Source: Gammaproteobacteria bacterium
GTDB taxonomy: Bacteria; Pseudomonadota; Gammaproteobacteria; Eutrophobiales; Eutrophobiaceae
Direction: 5' to 3'
Length of the DNA stretch: 64,000 bases
NCBI GenBank assembly: GCA_015661095.1
Contig: JACVQI010000001.1
Location: 41-64,040, forward strand
The notes under the pieces are model-generated. The model worked only from the letters and a program-made list of their open reading frames with translations, did not search any database and was not told the origin of the DNA. Of this stretch, positions 60,728-64,000 are shown piece after piece (position 1 is the stretch's first letter; each line of letters opens with the position of its first letter). The translations under genes and the position numbers were made by a program.

Positions 60728-62176
60728 TCAATGGACAGTCGATCCGTATTGATTCAGCAAGTTACCACCGAGTGAACCAATACTGCCCGCGCCGAGGATT
60801 AATAAAATATCCTGGTCTCGCACTAATTCTGGAATCACCACATGGACATCGGCGAGATTTTCTCTATACAGGGGAGTGATTTTGCCTTGCGCCTGGATAG
60901 CCTGCGCCAGCACGGCGCCGGTCACACCTGCGATTGGAACCTCTCCCGCGGCGTAAATACCCAGCAGAATCAACACATCTACAGTCGCCAGGATCGCGGC
61001 GAATTCCGCGAATAAATCCCGGGTGCGTGTATACCGATGGGGCTGGAAAATCACTACCAGGCGTCTACCGGGCCAGCCAGATTTTACCGCCGCCAGTGTT
61101 GCGGCAATCTCGGCCGGATGATGGGCATAGTCATCGATCAACAGCACGGATTTATGATTGATACGGATCTCGCCCAGGATCTGGCAGCGCCTGCCGATAC
61201 CCTGAAAATTCGCCAAGGCCCTAGTCATAACCCCCCGGTCGATACCGAGTTCCGTGGCAACCGCCAACGCGGCCAGTGCATTGAGTACATTATGTTTACC
61301 CGGCAGATTCAGTTTTACTTCAAAACTCTGATCCGGCTCGCCATGGCATACTTCAAACACCGTCGTGCTTTTATCGTAGCGTATATTACGGGCAGTGAAG
61401 TCCGCCGTGTTATCGATTCCATAAGTGATAAAGGAATTGGCAATCTTCTCTATAACCTCCCTGGAGCCGGCATTGTCGACACAGACAACAGCCAGACCGT
61501 AGAATGGCAGGCGATTCAGAAACTCCACGAAATTGCGCTTCAGCAGCGCGAAGTCACCAGCATAATTTTCAAGGTGTTCCGGATCGATATTGGTCAACAC
61601 TGCAATGACGGGCTGCAGATGATGAAACGATGCGTCACTCTCGTCCGCTTCTGCCACCAGATATTTTCCCGCACCCAGTCTGGCATGAGAACCGGCGCTG
61701 TTGAGCAACCCGCCGATGACATAGGTCGGATCGAATCCGCCTTCAGCCAGCAGACTGGCGATAAGGCTGGTGGTCGTGGTCTTGCCGTGCGTACCGGCAA
61801 CCGCGATACCTGACTGGAAACGCATCAGTTCCGCCAGCATTTGTGCGCGGCGGATCACGGGTATGCGTTTTTGCCGCGCGGATTGTAATTCCGGATTATC
61901 GGCAGCAACGGCGCTAGAATAGACCACCACGTCACTGCCATTAATATGACTGGCGCTATGTCCCAGGCTGACCTTGAGACCAAGTTCCCGCAAGTGTTTC
62001 GTGGTGCGACTTTCGTTCTGATCCGTGCCCGACACTATATAACCCAGATTGTGCAGCACTTCAGCGATACCACTCATGCCCGCGCCACCGATGCCGACGA
62101 AATGGATATGCCGTACCCGACCCATAGTATGACCATTCCGATCAGGCATACGCTCCCCCCATGCAGATGTCCCCAA
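60728..62176 (-). CDS. murC: UDP-N-acetylmuramate--L-alanine ligase
   Basis: RHIHFVGIGGAGMSGIAEVL and a Mur ligase P-loop (GTHGKTTTTS). The likely start is Met10 or Met18, rather than the first Met of the ORF. Confidence 0.9.
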   Translation of the reverse strand: MGTSAWGERMPDRNGHTMGRVRHIHFVGIGGAGMSGIAEVLHNLGYIVSGTDQNESRTTKHLRELGLKVSLGHSASHINGSDVVVYSSAVAADNPELQSARQKRIPVIRRAQMLAELMRFQSGIAVAGTHGKTTTTSLIASLLAEGGFDPTYVIGGLLNSAGSHARLGAGKYLVAEADESDASFHHLQPVIAVLTNIDPEHLENYAGDFALLKRNFVEFLNRLPFYGLAVVCVDNAGSREVIEKIANSFITYGIDNTADFTARNIRYDKSTTVFEVCHGEPDQSFEVKLNLPGKHNVLNALAALAVATELGIDRGVMTRALANFQGIGRRCQILGEIRINHKSVLLIDDYAHHPAEIAATLAAVKSGWPGRRLVVIFQPHRYTRTRDLFAEFAAILATVDVLILLGIYAAGEVPIAGVTGAVLAQAIQAQGKITPLYRENLADVHVVIPELVRDQDILLILGAGSIGSLGGNLLNQYGSTVH

Positions 62177-63233
62177 CGGTCCGAGTCGCGTCCGGTTTGG
62201 CCAACTGCCTCGCCGATTTGGCCATCTGTATCAGTTTGTCCCTGGCAAGGCTGTAATCACTCAGCACGGCCACCAGTTTTTGCGCTTCGAGTTCCGCTTC
62301 CGAGAACAACAGCGCTCCGCCCTGTTCACTCAAAAACCTGGCATTGGTTGTCTGGTGATCATCAACAGCATACGGAAATGGCACCAGAATGGAGGCGATA
62401 CCCACCGCGCATAGTTCCGCTATCGTCAAGGCCCCGGCCCGACACAGGACGATGTCCGCCCAGGTGTATGCCGCTGCCATATCATCAATGTAAGGATCGA
62501 TGCGAACCTGGCATGAGGTTTTGATCGCAGCATAATTTTCCTTTGCCCTGGTATAATTGCACTCCCCGGTTTGATGCCAGATCTCAATCTGGACATTTGC
62601 ATCCAGGCAGGTGAGCGCCGCGGGCAGCAGGTCGTTAAAAAACCTGGCGCCCTGACTGCCGCCGATAACCAGCAAATGCAGAGGACCGGTCACCCGGTCA
62701 CGCAGCCTTTGTTCCGGATCGGGCAATGCCTGCAAATCGGCGCGGACAGGATTTCCCGTTGTATGAACGTGTGTACTCGCCGTAAATGTCCCGGGGAAAC
62801 CCTCCATCACCGCATCAGCCAGTGGCGCGAGCAGGCGGTTAGTGAGTCCCAATATCGAATTTTGCTCATGAATATAGAGTGGTATTCCCGACAGCCAGGC
62901 GGCAATACCACCCGGTCCGCTAACGAAACCACCCATTCCCAGAACTGCATCCGGTTTCATGCGCCTGATGATAAATAAGGCGTTAATCACCGCTGCCAGG
63001 ATCATTAACGGGGCCTTAAACCATTTCCAGATCCCTTTGCCGCGCAGACCGCTGATGCCAATGGTGAGCAATTGATAGCCTCGCGCCGAGACCAACCTGG
63101 ATTCAATCCCGTGGCTGGTACCCAGCCAGACAACAGTTACCGCGTGCTGTCTCAGATAGTCTGCGACCGCCAAAGCCGGGTAAACATGACCACCTGTACC
63201 ACCTGCCATGATCAATACCGATTTATGCGGCAT
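62142..63233 (-). CDS. murG: Undecaprenyldiphospho-muramoylpentapeptide beta-N-acetylglucosaminyltransferase
   Basis: LIMAGGTGGHVYPALAVA is a canonical MurG N-terminus. Confidence 0.9.
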   Translation of the reverse strand: MPHKSVLIMAGGTGGHVYPALAVADYLRQHAVTVVWLGTSHGIESRLVSARGYQLLTIGISGLRGKGIWKWFKAPLMILAAVINALFIIRRMKPDAVLGMGGFVSGPGGIAAWLSGIPLYIHEQNSILGLTNRLLAPLADAVMEGFPGTFTASTHVHTTGNPVRADLQALPDPEQRLRDRVTGPLHLLVIGGSQGARFFNDLLPAALTCLDANVQIEIWHQTGECNYTRAKENYAAIKTSCQVRIDPYIDDMAAAYTWADIVLCRAGALTIAELCAVGIASILVPFPYAVDDHQTTNARFLSEQGGALLFSEAELEAQKLVAVLSDYSLARDKLIQMAKSARQLAKPDATRTVGDICMGGAYA

Positions 63234-64000
63234 AGGTGTTCACCACCTCCGGCAGTCTGGCAGTGCCGGTGAAATGATTTTCGTATTCAATTCGTAACAA
63301 CAATCCGATGAGTATGCAGTTACTGATCACACTATTACCACCATAACTCACAAACGGCAGCGTCAACCCCTTGGTCGGTAACAACCCCATGTTGACCCCC
63401 ATATTGATGAAGGCTTGCATGCCTATCATCAGGCCTATGCCATAAGCCAAATAGGCAGCGAACTTTTTATCCAGCTCTTCGGCCACCTGGGCGATGACAA
63501 ATGATCGCCAGACGATAAAAAAGAACAGGAGAATAACGGTTACACTCCCGAGCAAACCGAGTTCTTCCGCCAGCACGGCGAAAATGAAATCCGTATGCGC
63601 CTCCGGTAAATAAAACAGTTTCTGCACACTGCTGCCCAAACCAACGCCGAGCCACTCTCCGCGACCGAAGGCTACCAGTGCCTGTATCAATTGGAAGCCG
63701 GTATTATCGGGATCTGACCATGGATCCATGAAACTGACCAGGCGTTGCAGCCGGTAAGCGGAACCTAATGCCAGGGTGACCAGCGCCATGCCCGCGACCA
63801 TGACCCAGGCGACAAACCGGCTTAACGGTACCCCGCCTACGAACAGCATGCCTAATGCTGCTGCAAAATAAACCACTGCCGTCCCGAAGTCTGGTTCAAG
63901 CAACAGTAACGCGGCCAGTGTCGTAACAACACTGACGGGGACGATGAATCCGGCCAGACTCTGGCGGAGTTTTTCACCATGGCGCAGCAGATAACCGGCC
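63223..64000 (-). CDS. ftsW: Peptidoglycan glycosyltransferase FtsW (C-terminal part; the N-terminus lies beyond the window edge)
   Basis: SEDS family protein. The reading frame stays open to coordinate 64000. Motifs seen include LEPDFGT and a C-terminal GGNS. Confidence 0.85.
   Translation of the reverse strand, partial: AGYLLRHGEKLRQSLAGFIVPVSVVTTLAALLLLEPDFGTAVVYFAAALGMLFVGGVPLSRFVAWVMVAGMALVTLALGSAYRLQRLVSFMDPWSDPDNTGFQLIQALVAFGRGEWLGVGLGSSVQKLFYLPEAHTDFIFAVLAEELGLLGSVTVILLFFFIVWRSFVIAQVAEELDKKFAAYLAYGIGLMIGMQAFINMGVNMGLLPTKGLTLPFVSYGGNSVISNCILIGLLLRIEYENHFTGTARLPEVVNTYAA

Overview
This 64 kb window comes from a gammaproteobacterial chromosome. Most of it has about 50% GC, but an AT-rich segment lies at roughly 9.9-13.9 kb. 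The window divides into three blocks.

(1) 0.2-20.8 kb is a polysaccharide/glycan biosynthesis cluster. It holds several GT4 glycosyltransferases, a cytoplasmic heparinase II/III-like protein, WecB, the Wzm/Wzt ABC exporter, four SAM-dependent methyltransferases, an AsnB-type amidotransferase and a two-domain oxidoreductase.

(2) 20.8-32.4 kb is a colinear minus-strand array: pilS-pilR, then a GT2-GtrA fusion, an LtaS-type transferase fused to a GDPD domain, a DUF2723 GT-C membrane protein, a type IVa major pilin (pilA) with a sigma54-type promoter and a strong terminator, and then a TMTC-like GT-C/TPR membrane protein followed by a GT2. I read this block as a candidate, largely undescribed, multi-enzyme pilin glycosylation and phospho-form modification locus.

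(3) 32.5-64 kb is housekeeping: sucCD, nadE, bamD, rluD, pgeF, a Glu/Leu/Phe/Val dehydrogenase, clpB, pilBCD-coaE-zapD-yacG, mutT-like, argJ, secA, an M23 peptidase, a DUF721 gene, and the division/cell-wall (dcw) cluster tail lpxC-ftsZ-ftsA-ftsQ-murB-murC-murG-ftsW (partial). No ddl gene lies between murB and ftsQ.

I found no tRNA or rRNA genes, CRISPR arrays or IS elements.
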